NCBI GenBank assembly: GCA_036337435.1
Contig: JAYZEG010000011.1
Span: 1 to 64,000 of the forward strand
Length of the DNA: 64,000 bases
Reading direction: 5' to 3'
From: Myxococcota bacterium
GTDB taxonomy: Bacteria; Myxococcota_A; Bradymonadia; UBA7976; UBA1532
The notes under the pieces are model-generated. The model was not told the DNA's origin. It worked only from the letters and a program-made list of their open reading frames with translations, and did no database searches. Positions 27,700 to 36,597 of the stretch are shown piece after piece; the stretch's first letter is position 1; each line of letters begins with the position of its first letter. The position numbers and the translations under genes were made by a program.

Positions 27700-29229
27700 G
27701 TGAAGACAAAGGCCTATAAATTGGCCGCCGAACTGGGCTTGCAAGAGCAGCCGGTGCTCGATTGGCTGCGTTCTAATGGGTATCCCAATGTTCGGCGGGC
27801 GGATATGATTCGTTCGGACGTTGCGCAGGCGGCGCGCAAAGCCTTGCGAGACCGAGCTCGCTCGGGCCGATTGGATGCATCGCGCCACGTCTCTTCCCAT
27901 GCCAAGTCACACGCGTATTCGAAGAATGTCACGCGGCATGAAGGGGCGAGTGCCACGCCTGATGAGTCCCTAAGCGTGAGCATGGCAGAGCTACTCGATG
28001 AACACTTACCGCCGAACGATGCGTCATCCCGTAGCAATCAACCGAAACGCGAGTTTTCTCAGAACATGCACGCAACACTTGCTGAAGACCAGACGATTCA
28101 AATGCGTGCCCTCTTTCAATCGGATCTGCAGCCTCAGACGAGTAATACAAAATCGTCACGAGCCGTAGACGATGAGTTGGCCCGACTCGCGAGCGAGAAA
28201 TGGTTGCAGGACTTAAATGTTGAACGGGCGAAAGTTGCCGGCCTCGAACGGTTGCTTGAAAGTGCGCAAGCAGAGATCAAAAAAAGTGCTCAAGCGGTGT
28301 CCCAAAACGGGGCCTTAAAGGCGCAGTTGGAGGCATTGCTGTTAGAGAGAACACAACTGAAACAAAGCCTAGAACAGGTCGGTCAAGAGCGGCAAACGCT
28401 CGAAGAAACCTTTACGGAACTCCAAGCTGAGCTCGCTGACGCTCGGTCTATGATAGATGAACATGAATCCCTCTCTGCAGACCACGATAGCGTTCTTGAT
28501 GATTTGAACACGGCGCGAGAACGGGAGATCGCCTGGCGAACGCGGGCACTTAAACTCGAACGAGCGGCCCACGAGGGCGATGACCTGGCCGCAATTTTCC
28601 GGGGCAAAGGGCTTGACACCCTGGCCTTACAAACCCGGGCTTTGAAAGCCATGCTAGCGCAGGAAACTACGGCCTCGAGTTTCATAAAAGCAGTTCGCCA
28701 GGTCGAGCCATCTACGCTCAATGACCTCTTCGAAGAGAAGCTTGCAGCAACTTGTAGTCACCCAATCTGTCGCAAGGTTGCTAGCCTCAACTCAAAGTTT
28801 CCCATCGGTGTTGACGTGGATTCTGATTGTATTTGGTGTAGTGGTGAACACGACAAACGCTGGTTTGCTCAGCTTGCTGTAGAAGGCGAGCGCGCCGGCG
28901 TTCGTCGGTTCCTTGTGATCGGCGGGCGAGAGGAGACCCGTTCGCGGCTGCGTGCATTGGCCGAGGGCCAACCCATTGACCTTCGTCTCATTGGGGATGA
29001 TGAAGACCTTAACGTTGGACAGATGACCAGTCGTGTTGAAGGATGCGACTGCCTCGTACTTTGGAATCCGGCCATTAGCGACAAAGGGGTCAACGAGGCC
29101 TATGAAACAATCGCTCTAGAGCAAAATCGGCTCGTGGTACATGTTCTCGGTGAAGATGGAAACGTCGTCGGCTTTTGTCGTGCTGCTGCTTATCGGATCG
29201 CAAGGACACACTTGTTTCGCAGTGCTTAA
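27700..29229 (+). CDS. IF2_N-like + coiled coil + Cys4 motif + DUF2325-like protein
   Basis: GTG start; KAYKLAAELGL..VLDWLR (IF-2 N-terminal-like); long heptad region; CSHPIC...CIWC; FLVIGG...CDCLVLW..IS. Confidence 0.75.
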   Translation: MKTKAYKLAAELGLQEQPVLDWLRSNGYPNVRRADMIRSDVAQAARKALRDRARSGRLDASRHVSSHAKSHAYSKNVTRHEGASATPDESLSVSMAELLDEHLPPNDASSRSNQPKREFSQNMHATLAEDQTIQMRALFQSDLQPQTSNTKSSRAVDDELARLASEKWLQDLNVERAKVAGLERLLESAQAEIKKSAQAVSQNGALKAQLEALLLERTQLKQSLEQVGQERQTLEETFTELQAELADARSMIDEHESLSADHDSVLDDLNTAREREIAWRTRALKLERAAHEGDDLAAIFRGKGLDTLALQTRALKAMLAQETTASSFIKAVRQVEPSTLNDLFEEKLAATCSHPICRKVASLNSKFPIGVDVDSDCIWCSGEHDKRWFAQLAVEGERAGVRRFLVIGGREETRSRLRALAEGQPIDLRLIGDDEDLNVGQMTSRVEGCDCLVLWNPAISDKGVNEAYETIALEQNRLVVHVLGEDGNVVGFCRAAAYRIARTHLFRSA

Positions 29230-29262
29230 TACCATCTCATCGCGTGGACGAGCCTACATACC

Positions 29263-30198
29263 TCAAGTAATCAACTCACGGTACAGTGGGGTTGAGAGAT
29301 AGCGTTCAGCGGCCGATGCAACAATGGCTACGATGGTCTTCCCGGCAAAGTCCTTTCGACGGGCAAGTTTTAGTGCCGCACAACATGTCGCCCCGGATGA
29401 AATGCCGGCTGGAATGCCTTCTAGTTTTGCCATCTTTCGGGCGGTCTCATAGGCCTCTTCATCCGTGATCGCGATGACTTCATCTAGGACAGACTTGTCG
29501 AGATTGTCTGGTATGAAGCCGGCACCAATTCCCTGAATATTATGCGGGCCGGGTCTTCGACCGTTGATAACTTGGCTGGTGGATGGCTCCACTCCGACGA
29601 TATGAATCGAAGGGTTTCGAGTTTTGAGAGCACGACCGGTTCCGGTGATCGTTCCACCTGTTCCAACCCCAGACACAAACGCATCGAGCTGACCGTCGCA
29701 ATCATTCCAGATCTCCACGGCGGTGGAATTCTCGTGGGCCGCCGGGCCTGCTGCATTATTAAATTGCTGCAAAACGAGGGCCCCGGGAATTTTGTTTGCT
29801 AATTCGTATGCACGCGTGACCGCGCCCTGCATACCTGCAGCCGCGGGCGTTAATTCTATGTCTGCTCCGAGACCTTTCAACAAAGCGCGACGTTCTTCCG
29901 ACATACTCTCCGGCATCGTTAGAATCAATTTGTAGCCTTTGACCGCGCAGACAAAAGCCAGCGCAATGCCGGTATTTCCACTGGTTGGTTCGATCAGTAC
30001 AGAGCTGCCATTAAGCTGGCCGCTCGCTTCAGCTTGTTCGATCATAGCGAGCCCGATGCGATCCTTGATACTACTCAAAGGATTGAAAAATTCGCACTTA
30101 ACCAAAACGGTCGCATCGAGACTTTGAGTCAATCGATTTAGGCGGATCAACGGCGTCTGCCCGATAGTCTGGGTAATGTCGTCGTAGATTCTGCCCAT
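29263..30198 (-). CDS. cysK: Cysteine synthase A
   Basis: IGQTPLIRL, NPLSSIKDR (PLP Lys), EPTSGNTG, GVGTGGT, HNIQGIGAGF, ERYLST. Confidence 0.96.
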   Translation of the reverse strand: MGRIYDDITQTIGQTPLIRLNRLTQSLDATVLVKCEFFNPLSSIKDRIGLAMIEQAEASGQLNGSSVLIEPTSGNTGIALAFVCAVKGYKLILTMPESMSEERRALLKGLGADIELTPAAAGMQGAVTRAYELANKIPGALVLQQFNNAAGPAAHENSTAVEIWNDCDGQLDAFVSGVGTGGTITGTGRALKTRNPSIHIVGVEPSTSQVINGRRPGPHNIQGIGAGFIPDNLDKSVLDEVIAITDEEAYETARKMAKLEGIPAGISSGATCCAALKLARRKDFAGKTIVAIVASAAERYLSTPLYRELIT

Positions 30199-30288
30199 TG
30201 GCTTTATGAGTCCCTCTTTTCTACCAAAACCGCCTTTAACGGCTCCGTCAGCTCGTCGTTTCTGGTGCGGCGTAAACCGGAGCTGCCG

Positions 30289-31527
30289 TCAATGGTTACC
30301 ACACCCTGCACTTTGGCCATGGTGACCAATGTAATGGGCACCTTCCGTCAGGTCGCAATGAAAATGATTGTCATGAGCCGCATTAAATTCCGGTGTAAGT
30401 ACGATATTGAAGATACGCCGTCTCCACATTTCCTGGCCCAATTCGTATAGGAATTCACCTTCCCGTGTTCGAAAATTGCGAGTGACGCCGTGTTCCCAAT
30501 GGTCGTACACGTTAAATTCATCGCCAGACGAGTTGCGAAACCACAGAAGGTCTATGGCTCTCGACAACCCATGCTGACTCAATTGATTGATGGTGCCATT
30601 GTCGGATCGAATCCCCCGGCACGAATATGTCCCGATATGACCCACTTGGACAATGTCATATTCTGCCAGTAATTGGGTCAATGCATGAACCGCCAATGCC
30701 AGCTCGCAAGACATCATCAGAGATCCTGCTGCGCGGTCATCATAATGGAAGGTAATTCCATTCACTGGACTTTGAACGCGCACATTTTCATTAACAACAC
30801 ACATGAGATGTGGGGCACCATCGACAACGTCCGATATCGGCGCAAGCTGGTCGAAATTAACGCCCAATGCGGTTAATTGATCGAAGCATTCGCTCATGAT
30901 TGGTGTGGTTGGCATATCGTCTTCACCTGGTACGCATACGCCTCGCCCAACGGACGATTCGTTGTATCGTCTTCGGGTCTCGCACCGATATCCTGGGCGG
31001 CAGCCCGTTCGACCAAAAGCTTCGTAATCACATCGTTGTACGCAGGCACCTCCGCCCGCAACAACCTCTCCGACACAGAACGTGACCGGCATACCATCGC
31101 GGTCCGGGCAGATTCGTTCGCAATCAAGGCTACAATGGCCCCTTGGATATCCGTCTGCATCAGTCAGACAGAACGCCTCGGCGTAGGTGCAATCTTCATC
31201 CCGTTGGCAAGGGCCTCCGATCCAACCCGCATTTAACATCGGATCGGGCGGCAGGTCCGTGATCATCGCGTCGGGTTCTGGTCTCGGACCGGGGCCGGTC
31301 CGAGCATCGCCGCTCACACCTAAATCGAGAGTCTGGCTTGTCGCATCTCGAAAACCTTGAGTTCCATCGCGGTCAGTCAGGCCATGATCCATTTGATTAG
31401 GCGATTGAAATCCGTCAAAGCCAGGCGGCAAGTAGAGCACTGATTCTGCTTCTGGATCAGAACATCCGATGCTCAGGACAAGACCAGCGGCCAGCCAGAG
31501 TGTGCTGTTGAATTGAATCCGCACCAA
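30289..31527 (-). CDS. Lipoprotein with Cys-rich domain and C-terminal extensin-like/M15 (DD-peptidase fold) domain
   Basis: Lipobox SIGC; GWIGGPC...C-rich block; GTYSCR...LSQHGLSRAID...NAAHDNHFH. TTG or GTG start. Confidence 0.82.
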   Translation of the reverse strand: MVRIQFNSTLWLAAGLVLSIGCSDPEAESVLYLPPGFDGFQSPNQMDHGLTDRDGTQGFRDATSQTLDLGVSGDARTGPGPRPEPDAMITDLPPDPMLNAGWIGGPCQRDEDCTYAEAFCLTDADGYPRGHCSLDCERICPDRDGMPVTFCVGEVVAGGGACVQRCDYEAFGRTGCRPGYRCETRRRYNESSVGRGVCVPGEDDMPTTPIMSECFDQLTALGVNFDQLAPISDVVDGAPHLMCVVNENVRVQSPVNGITFHYDDRAAGSLMMSCELALAVHALTQLLAEYDIVQVGHIGTYSCRGIRSDNGTINQLSQHGLSRAIDLLWFRNSSGDEFNVYDHWEHGVTRNFRTREGEFLYELGQEMWRRRIFNIVLTPEFNAAHDNHFHCDLTEGAHYIGHHGQSAGCGNH

Positions 31528-31641
31528 CTACCCCTACAAACGGACCCGGATCTTAACACTGATTGGGCATTGTCCTCAATGGTTGCATTCAAGCTGCACC
31601 GTGCTTGGCCCTGGGCTGTGCACTGGGGAGACGTGAATCGC

Positions 31642-32148
31642 TTACTCGTCTGCAACCTCGGCTTGGTCCGCTAGACTTTCAGCGACGCGTTCGCGGACCT
31701 CAGCGGCCGCTTCCGCTATAGATTGAGCCTTGGCTTCGCTCGCCCTGATCTGGGCGGCTTTTGCATTGACCCGTGGTGCTGGTGCAAACAAGTCGTTCAG
31801 GCGACGCTTCAACTTTTCCCGTCCGTCGTTCGCCTTTGCTTTTGAGTCGTCATCGTCAGCGACCTGGCGGTTAGCGGTCTTCCGATTCAGTGAGACCAGG
31901 TCTCCTGTTTTCGGGTCACGCTTTGCCCGTCGCCCTTTTGCCAGAGCGGCAAAGTCCCGACGTTCAGAATTATCGTTGTCAGTCTTTGGCTCTCGCGCCA
32001 CTGCGACGCCAGTGACGCCGTCATTGGGTGCAGCCTGTAAGCCGGACGCCGATTGGGGATTGACCCCCCGTGCCTCAGTCCCGTTTTGCTCAATCGTGGG
32101 TGGTGCGGTCGCTGTCAGTGCGCCACCGAGTTGGTTTATTCCTGGCAT
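31642..32148 (-). CDS. Hypothetical protein, low-complexity and Ala/charge-rich
   Basis: ATG 32148 with GGAG RBS; 168 aa; no family recognised. Confidence 0.6.
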   Translation of the reverse strand: MPGINQLGGALTATAPPTIEQNGTEARGVNPQSASGLQAAPNDGVTGVAVAREPKTDNDNSERRDFAALAKGRRAKRDPKTGDLVSLNRKTANRQVADDDDSKAKANDGREKLKRRLNDLFAPAPRVNAKAAQIRASEAKAQSIAEAAAEVRERVAESLADQAEVADE

Positions 32149-32543
32149 CTGCTTGACTCCGTGTCTGTGCCGCGATCCACGTCTTATGTAGACCGTTATG
32201 TTGCCAGTATACCGATCAAAACCTTCAAGATCTCCAAGAATTAGCTCAAAGACGCCTGCCAAAAGCTGTTTTCGGTTTTTAAGTATCCGTAAATAGGACT
32301 CTTTATTCTTTTCTGACTGTTCGAATTAGTTTTCTTCTGCGCGGTCTTCTGGAGAAAAAATTGGCCCACGGAGGATCATTTATCCCCATCACGATGACTC
32401 AGGTCGCCCCTTTTTTGTCAGCCAATCAATGCCATTGAAGGCCTGTTTTCGCAGGAAATTCGGCTGGAAAAGGTTTTCATGATACCCTGACCCATTCGGT
32501 GGGTGAGCCCTCGTTTACGCCCATTTTTTTCAGGTCGAATCGG

Positions 32544-33638
32544 ATGTCTGATAGTCCAGAAATAGACGATAAAAAAGCTACATTGGCCGGTTTTAATCCG
32601 GGTACACAATTGGCGATTAGGCTCTCGAGTCGGCTCCTTGTGTTCGTCTTGATCGGAGTCATTTTAGTGACTCTGAAGACGGTCTTGATTCCCTTTGTGC
32701 TTGCGGTATTTTTGGCATTCTTACTGCGTCCAATCTCAGAAGAATTGACCAGACGCAAGGTACCGGCTGGCTTGGCCATCACCGTAGCTGAGTTGGTTGC
32801 GATGATGCCCGTTATGGCATTGATTACGATCTTTCTCTCAACAGCGGGCCCGTTGAGTGAGCAGTTACCAAAATACCAGGACCAGATTGTTCATCAATTA
32901 GGGCGGGCCATCGATGGTGCGTTGACGCGAGTCGGCTCGCCCAGTCGACGTGAAGCAATTCGCAAAGAGATTTCTCAGAATGTCGTGCCAGGGGTTTTGA
33001 ACAAGAGTGCTGAATACATTCAGCGAGGGATCCAGGCTGTAACCACAGCGCTCGGTACCTTTCTCCTCGCCCTGGTCTTCAGTGCATTTATGTTGCTAGA
33101 AATTGGACGGATTCGTGAAAAGTTTGTGTCGATTTTTGGTCGAAGTGAAAACCTCGCCGATGACTTAGAAGGTATCTCCAGTGATGTGAGGCGTTATGTG
33201 GTCGCGAAGACCTTCATCAGTGCAGTTACGGCAATCGCCGTTTGGATCTTTCTTGAATTAGTCGATGTCGATTTTGCCCCCTTCTGGGGATTGATTGCCT
33301 TTCCGCTGAACTTTATTCCGACGGTCGGTGCTTTCGTCGCATCGATTCCCCCGATTCTGCTGGCATCCATCGATCCCTCGCATTCTGGCTTCTCCGTTGT
33401 TGGCGTTGCCCTTGGACTCGTGATTTTAAATGGCTTTATCGGTGCCGTCCTCGACCCCCGCTATGTTGGAAACGCCGTCCGTGTGTCGCCTCTTGTCGTC
33501 TTCTTGTCCGTTCTGGTCTGGGGTGTTCTCTGGGGTCCAATCGGCATGATATTGGCGGTGCCCATCATGGTTTGTTTAAAAGTTGTTTGTGGCCGCGTAC
33601 CCGCGCTCAGTCCAGTCGCTCGTTTTCTCGAAGGATAA
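32544..33638 (+). CDS. AI-2E family transporter
   Basis: LIPFVLAVFLAFLLRP, LNFIPTVG, PRYVG..VRVSPLVVFLSVLVWGVLWGPIGMILAVP. Confidence 0.92.
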   Translation: MSDSPEIDDKKATLAGFNPGTQLAIRLSSRLLVFVLIGVILVTLKTVLIPFVLAVFLAFLLRPISEELTRRKVPAGLAITVAELVAMMPVMALITIFLSTAGPLSEQLPKYQDQIVHQLGRAIDGALTRVGSPSRREAIRKEISQNVVPGVLNKSAEYIQRGIQAVTTALGTFLLALVFSAFMLLEIGRIREKFVSIFGRSENLADDLEGISSDVRRYVVAKTFISAVTAIAVWIFLELVDVDFAPFWGLIAFPLNFIPTVGAFVASIPPILLASIDPSHSGFSVVGVALGLVILNGFIGAVLDPRYVGNAVRVSPLVVFLSVLVWGVLWGPIGMILAVPIMVCLKVVCGRVPALSPVARFLEG

Positions 33639-33648
33639 CGGTCGGGCC

Positions 33649-34716
33649 ATGTCAAATCGAGCATTCAAGACAGTTTTTTTGGGTGGCTTGAGTGGGGCTC
33701 TTGCAGCCCTCACCGTTCTGTGGTTTTCCAACACCTTTATGGCTGTCGAATTGGACCGGGACGACTTTCTGGTTCGAGTTTTTTCCGACGCCGCGCCGTC
33801 GGTCGTATCCGTGAAAGCGATTCAGGTCGAACGCGCCTATTTGAATCTGAACGTGAACGCGATTGAGCGTGGGTCTGGCACTGGTTTTTTTTGGGACAAG
33901 TCAGGTCATATCGTCACCAATTTACACGTCATCGTCGATGCCGATGCGATTCAGGTCACGACCAATGACCAGTCAACTTATGTCGCGCAGCTCGTTGGTG
34001 CAGCCCCATCCATGGACTTGGCAGTCTTGCGCATTAAGCCTGCGTCCGACAAAGCGCAGCCGATTCAGTTGGGACAGTCCCTGGGGCTTCAAGTCGGTCA
34101 GCAGGTTTTGGCCATCGGAAATCCATTTGGCCTGGACCAATCACTGACGACAGGTGTTGTCAGTGCTTTGGGTCGGTCTATCGAATCTCTTGTCGGAACC
34201 GAGATTGCTGATGTGATCCAGACAGATGCTGCCATTAATCCTGGAAATTCTGGCGGGCCACTCCTGGACATTCGCGGTCGACTCATCGGGATCAATACCG
34301 CGATTCGGAGCCCCAGTGGAGCGAGTGCCGGTGTGGGTTTTGCCGTTCCTGTCAATACAATCAAACGGGCGATCCCAGACTTGATCGCCTATGGCCGCAT
34401 TCGAAGACCGACCCTTGGTCTTCGGCTCGCGCCCCGTCATATTGCCAATCGTTTACGGCTAGAGGGTGTTCTCGTGTGGACTGTCAACCGCGGCGGCCCA
34501 GCGGACAAGGCGGGGATTCAGCCCACTGGGTATGATCGGCTCGGTCGATTGAAATTTGGTGATTTGATCGTTCAAGTGGATGACGTTCGAATTCGGACAG
34601 AGGAGGAATTGATCGCGACCCTTGAAAAATACAGGCCAGGCGATGTTCTTCAAATCCGCTTACTCAATGGATCGCGCACTCGCACCGTAGCCATCAAACT
34701 CTCCAGTTTGAAGTAA
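33649..34716 (+). CDS. HtrA/DegP family serine protease (trypsin + one PDZ)
   Basis: TNLHVI, DLAVL, IQTDAAINPGNSGGPL; C-terminal PDZ GGPADKAGI..GDLI; N-terminal TM. Confidence 0.95.
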   Translation: MSNRAFKTVFLGGLSGALAALTVLWFSNTFMAVELDRDDFLVRVFSDAAPSVVSVKAIQVERAYLNLNVNAIERGSGTGFFWDKSGHIVTNLHVIVDADAIQVTTNDQSTYVAQLVGAAPSMDLAVLRIKPASDKAQPIQLGQSLGLQVGQQVLAIGNPFGLDQSLTTGVVSALGRSIESLVGTEIADVIQTDAAINPGNSGGPLLDIRGRLIGINTAIRSPSGASAGVGFAVPVNTIKRAIPDLIAYGRIRRPTLGLRLAPRHIANRLRLEGVLVWTVNRGGPADKAGIQPTGYDRLGRLKFGDLIVQVDDVRIRTEEELIATLEKYRPGDVLQIRLLNGSRTRTVAIKLSSLK

Positions 34717-34717
34717 T

Positions 34718-35539
34718 TCACTTCGCAGGGCTTCTAAAAATGACCCTGAGTGAAAATTGGCAACCTTGGTCCAGTGGGCGAATTGCGGTCATGCGCTCCA
34801 TGATGCAGTTTCGTGGTCCACTGTGTCCGAACATGGATTCTTCCAGAACGATTCGCGGACTTGGTGGACTCGCATCAACGGCGAATAGAAGCCGCCCCGT
34901 ATGTCGATTTTGGAGTCCAAACTCTCGATGGCAACTTCGAAAGATTTTGGTTTTGTCAAGCCAACGCTTGAGGCGTTTTTGCCTGCATGTCTCACTGAAT
35001 TCAGAGGCACGCACGTTGGCGACAATTTGATTTTGGACGTGTCTAGCGACGGGGTCAGTGGGTCCGTCAGCTTTAGATGCCACTCGAATCCGCCGAGACG
35101 GTGGGCTGTTTCGAAGAATGGGTGTTGAAAACCGTTTTGGGATGTTGGACAGACGACTCCGGTCATGGGTCATGTCGACAATGGGTTTAAGTGTGGGCTC
35201 CCAGCCGGCGATCAGCCACCCAAGAGCCTGTTTTTCACACCAGATGGTCATGATGAACTGCCCATTACCAGAGACCATAAAGTCTCCGACCATACGATTG
35301 TCGACTCGTCTTAGACGGACCAAGGTCGGGTTACGCCATACACTTTCAGGTCCGATGGGGAAACTGGCTGAATCGAGCTCGGGTATGAACCACTTCGACC
35401 GCTTTTCTTTGGGGGTTTTTGCCGCGTTATAGACGACATCAGCCACGCGCTCAAAGATGTTTTCGGGTTGACTATGGTCACTGGGCGTTACGCAGCTGAA
35501 CAGCGCGAGAGCTGCAATGATGAGTGCTCGACGATTCAT
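34718..35539 (-). CDS. Lipoprotein with C-terminal AgmX/PglI-C (TonB-C-like) domain
   Basis: Start moved to ATG 35539 (MNRRALIIAALALFSC, ATGA overlap). C-terminus IFRSCH...TGRLLFAV...ESMFG..PRNCIM...FSLRVIF. Confidence 0.65.
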   Translation of the reverse strand: MNRRALIIAALALFSCVTPSDHSQPENIFERVADVVYNAAKTPKEKRSKWFIPELDSASFPIGPESVWRNPTLVRLRRVDNRMVGDFMVSGNGQFIMTIWCEKQALGWLIAGWEPTLKPIVDMTHDRSRLSNIPKRFSTPILRNSPPSRRIRVASKADGPTDPVARHVQNQIVANVRASEFSETCRQKRLKRWLDKTKIFRSCHREFGLQNRHTGRLLFAVDASPPSPRIVLEESMFGHSGPRNCIMERMTAIRPLDQGCQFSLRVIFRSPAK

Positions 35540-36597
35540 CGAGTCGACCCTGCAAGGCCGATGCGTAGATCGGGTCGCTGCCGATGAACAAGTGCCATCC
35601 AGTCCAGGAAGGCGCGATACTCGATCGTACTCTGACTTTCGATAATGACTCCCTTGCGCATCGCCCCACGGGATTGCCCTATTTTTAGCGCATTTAGAAG
35701 GGGTCTGACCTGCTTGAGCGACCCACCAATCTTCGCGCCTTTCGAATGAGTGCCATCCCGCAAATGAAGTGCTTCCGAAGAGAGTGATAGATGCCAATTG
35801 GAATGGTCTCCTTCAGCGAGCTCGATCACGGCCAACGGAAGCCAAATAGGCCCGTTCTTGGACCGCGCAAGCAGTTGTATGCTCTCAGCCCCAGCCTGAG
35901 TAGACCAGCTGACCAGTTTGTGCAGCAGGCTCATGGGCGCGTGGCTGGACAGGCCGAGGGCGGTGTGTGGTCTATACGTCGCGAAGGCTTTTGTAGACGC
36001 TCTTCTACGGGCTGTGATTTCTTTTTTTATGAGCTTGATCGCTTGGGCTTCAGTGTATGATCGAAATGGGCGGCCATCGATCGAGATCGAGTCGCCATCG
36101 GCACAGATCAACACCGCAGAATTCGGTCGGCCTTGGTCGTCGCGGCCCATGAGACCACCGGCCCAAGACTGACCTGAACTCAATCGAGGAAGACCGGAGT
36201 CACTGAGCAAACGCAAGCTATTCCGTAGGGCCTGTCGGTTGAGAAAATCTGTGATTGACCAGCCATGGGTTAATCGGCGAATTTGAACGTCTATTTCGAG
36301 CGGCCAATGGTCTAATTTGGCTGCATACGTTGCCCGTCGATGGGTGGCGTCTACGACAACAAAGTCTGAGATGTGGTCAACGACAAAACGGTCCATCGGG
36401 AGCGTTCGAAAAAACTGAAGGTCGTCAGACAGGGCGTCATCGTAAATGCGACTGTCGCCAACAACTTTCTGCTTTAATTCGTCGAGCCCAACTTCTGCGG
36501 CGAGCCAAGCATTGGTTATATTGATTTTTTTTTCGCATCCGAAAAGGAGACATGAACAAGCGATTAGGCTCATACCAAGGTCAATCCACCTACTCAC
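35536..36597 (-). CDS. Lipoprotein with two ExbD/TolR-like periplasmic domains
   Basis: Lipobox LFGC; VLICADGDSISIDG...APMSLLHKLV..STQAGAESIQL and VIIESQSTIEYRAFLDWM. Confidence 0.6.
   Translation of the reverse strand: MSRWIDLGMSLIACSCLLFGCEKKINITNAWLAAEVGLDELKQKVVGDSRIYDDALSDDLQFFRTLPMDRFVVDHISDFVVVDATHRRATYAAKLDHWPLEIDVQIRRLTHGWSITDFLNRQALRNSLRLLSDSGLPRLSSGQSWAGGLMGRDDQGRPNSAVLICADGDSISIDGRPFRSYTEAQAIKLIKKEITARRRASTKAFATYRPHTALGLSSHAPMSLLHKLVSWSTQAGAESIQLLARSKNGPIWLPLAVIELAEGDHSNWHLSLSSEALHLRDGTHSKGAKIGGSLKQVRPLLNALKIGQSRGAMRKGVIIESQSTIEYRAFLDWMALVHRQRPDLRIGLAGSTR

Noticed and set aside
27700..29229. infB (IF-2) or SMC call
   Set aside because: No GTPase G-motifs or Walker motifs; only a short IF2_N-like segment and a coiled coil.
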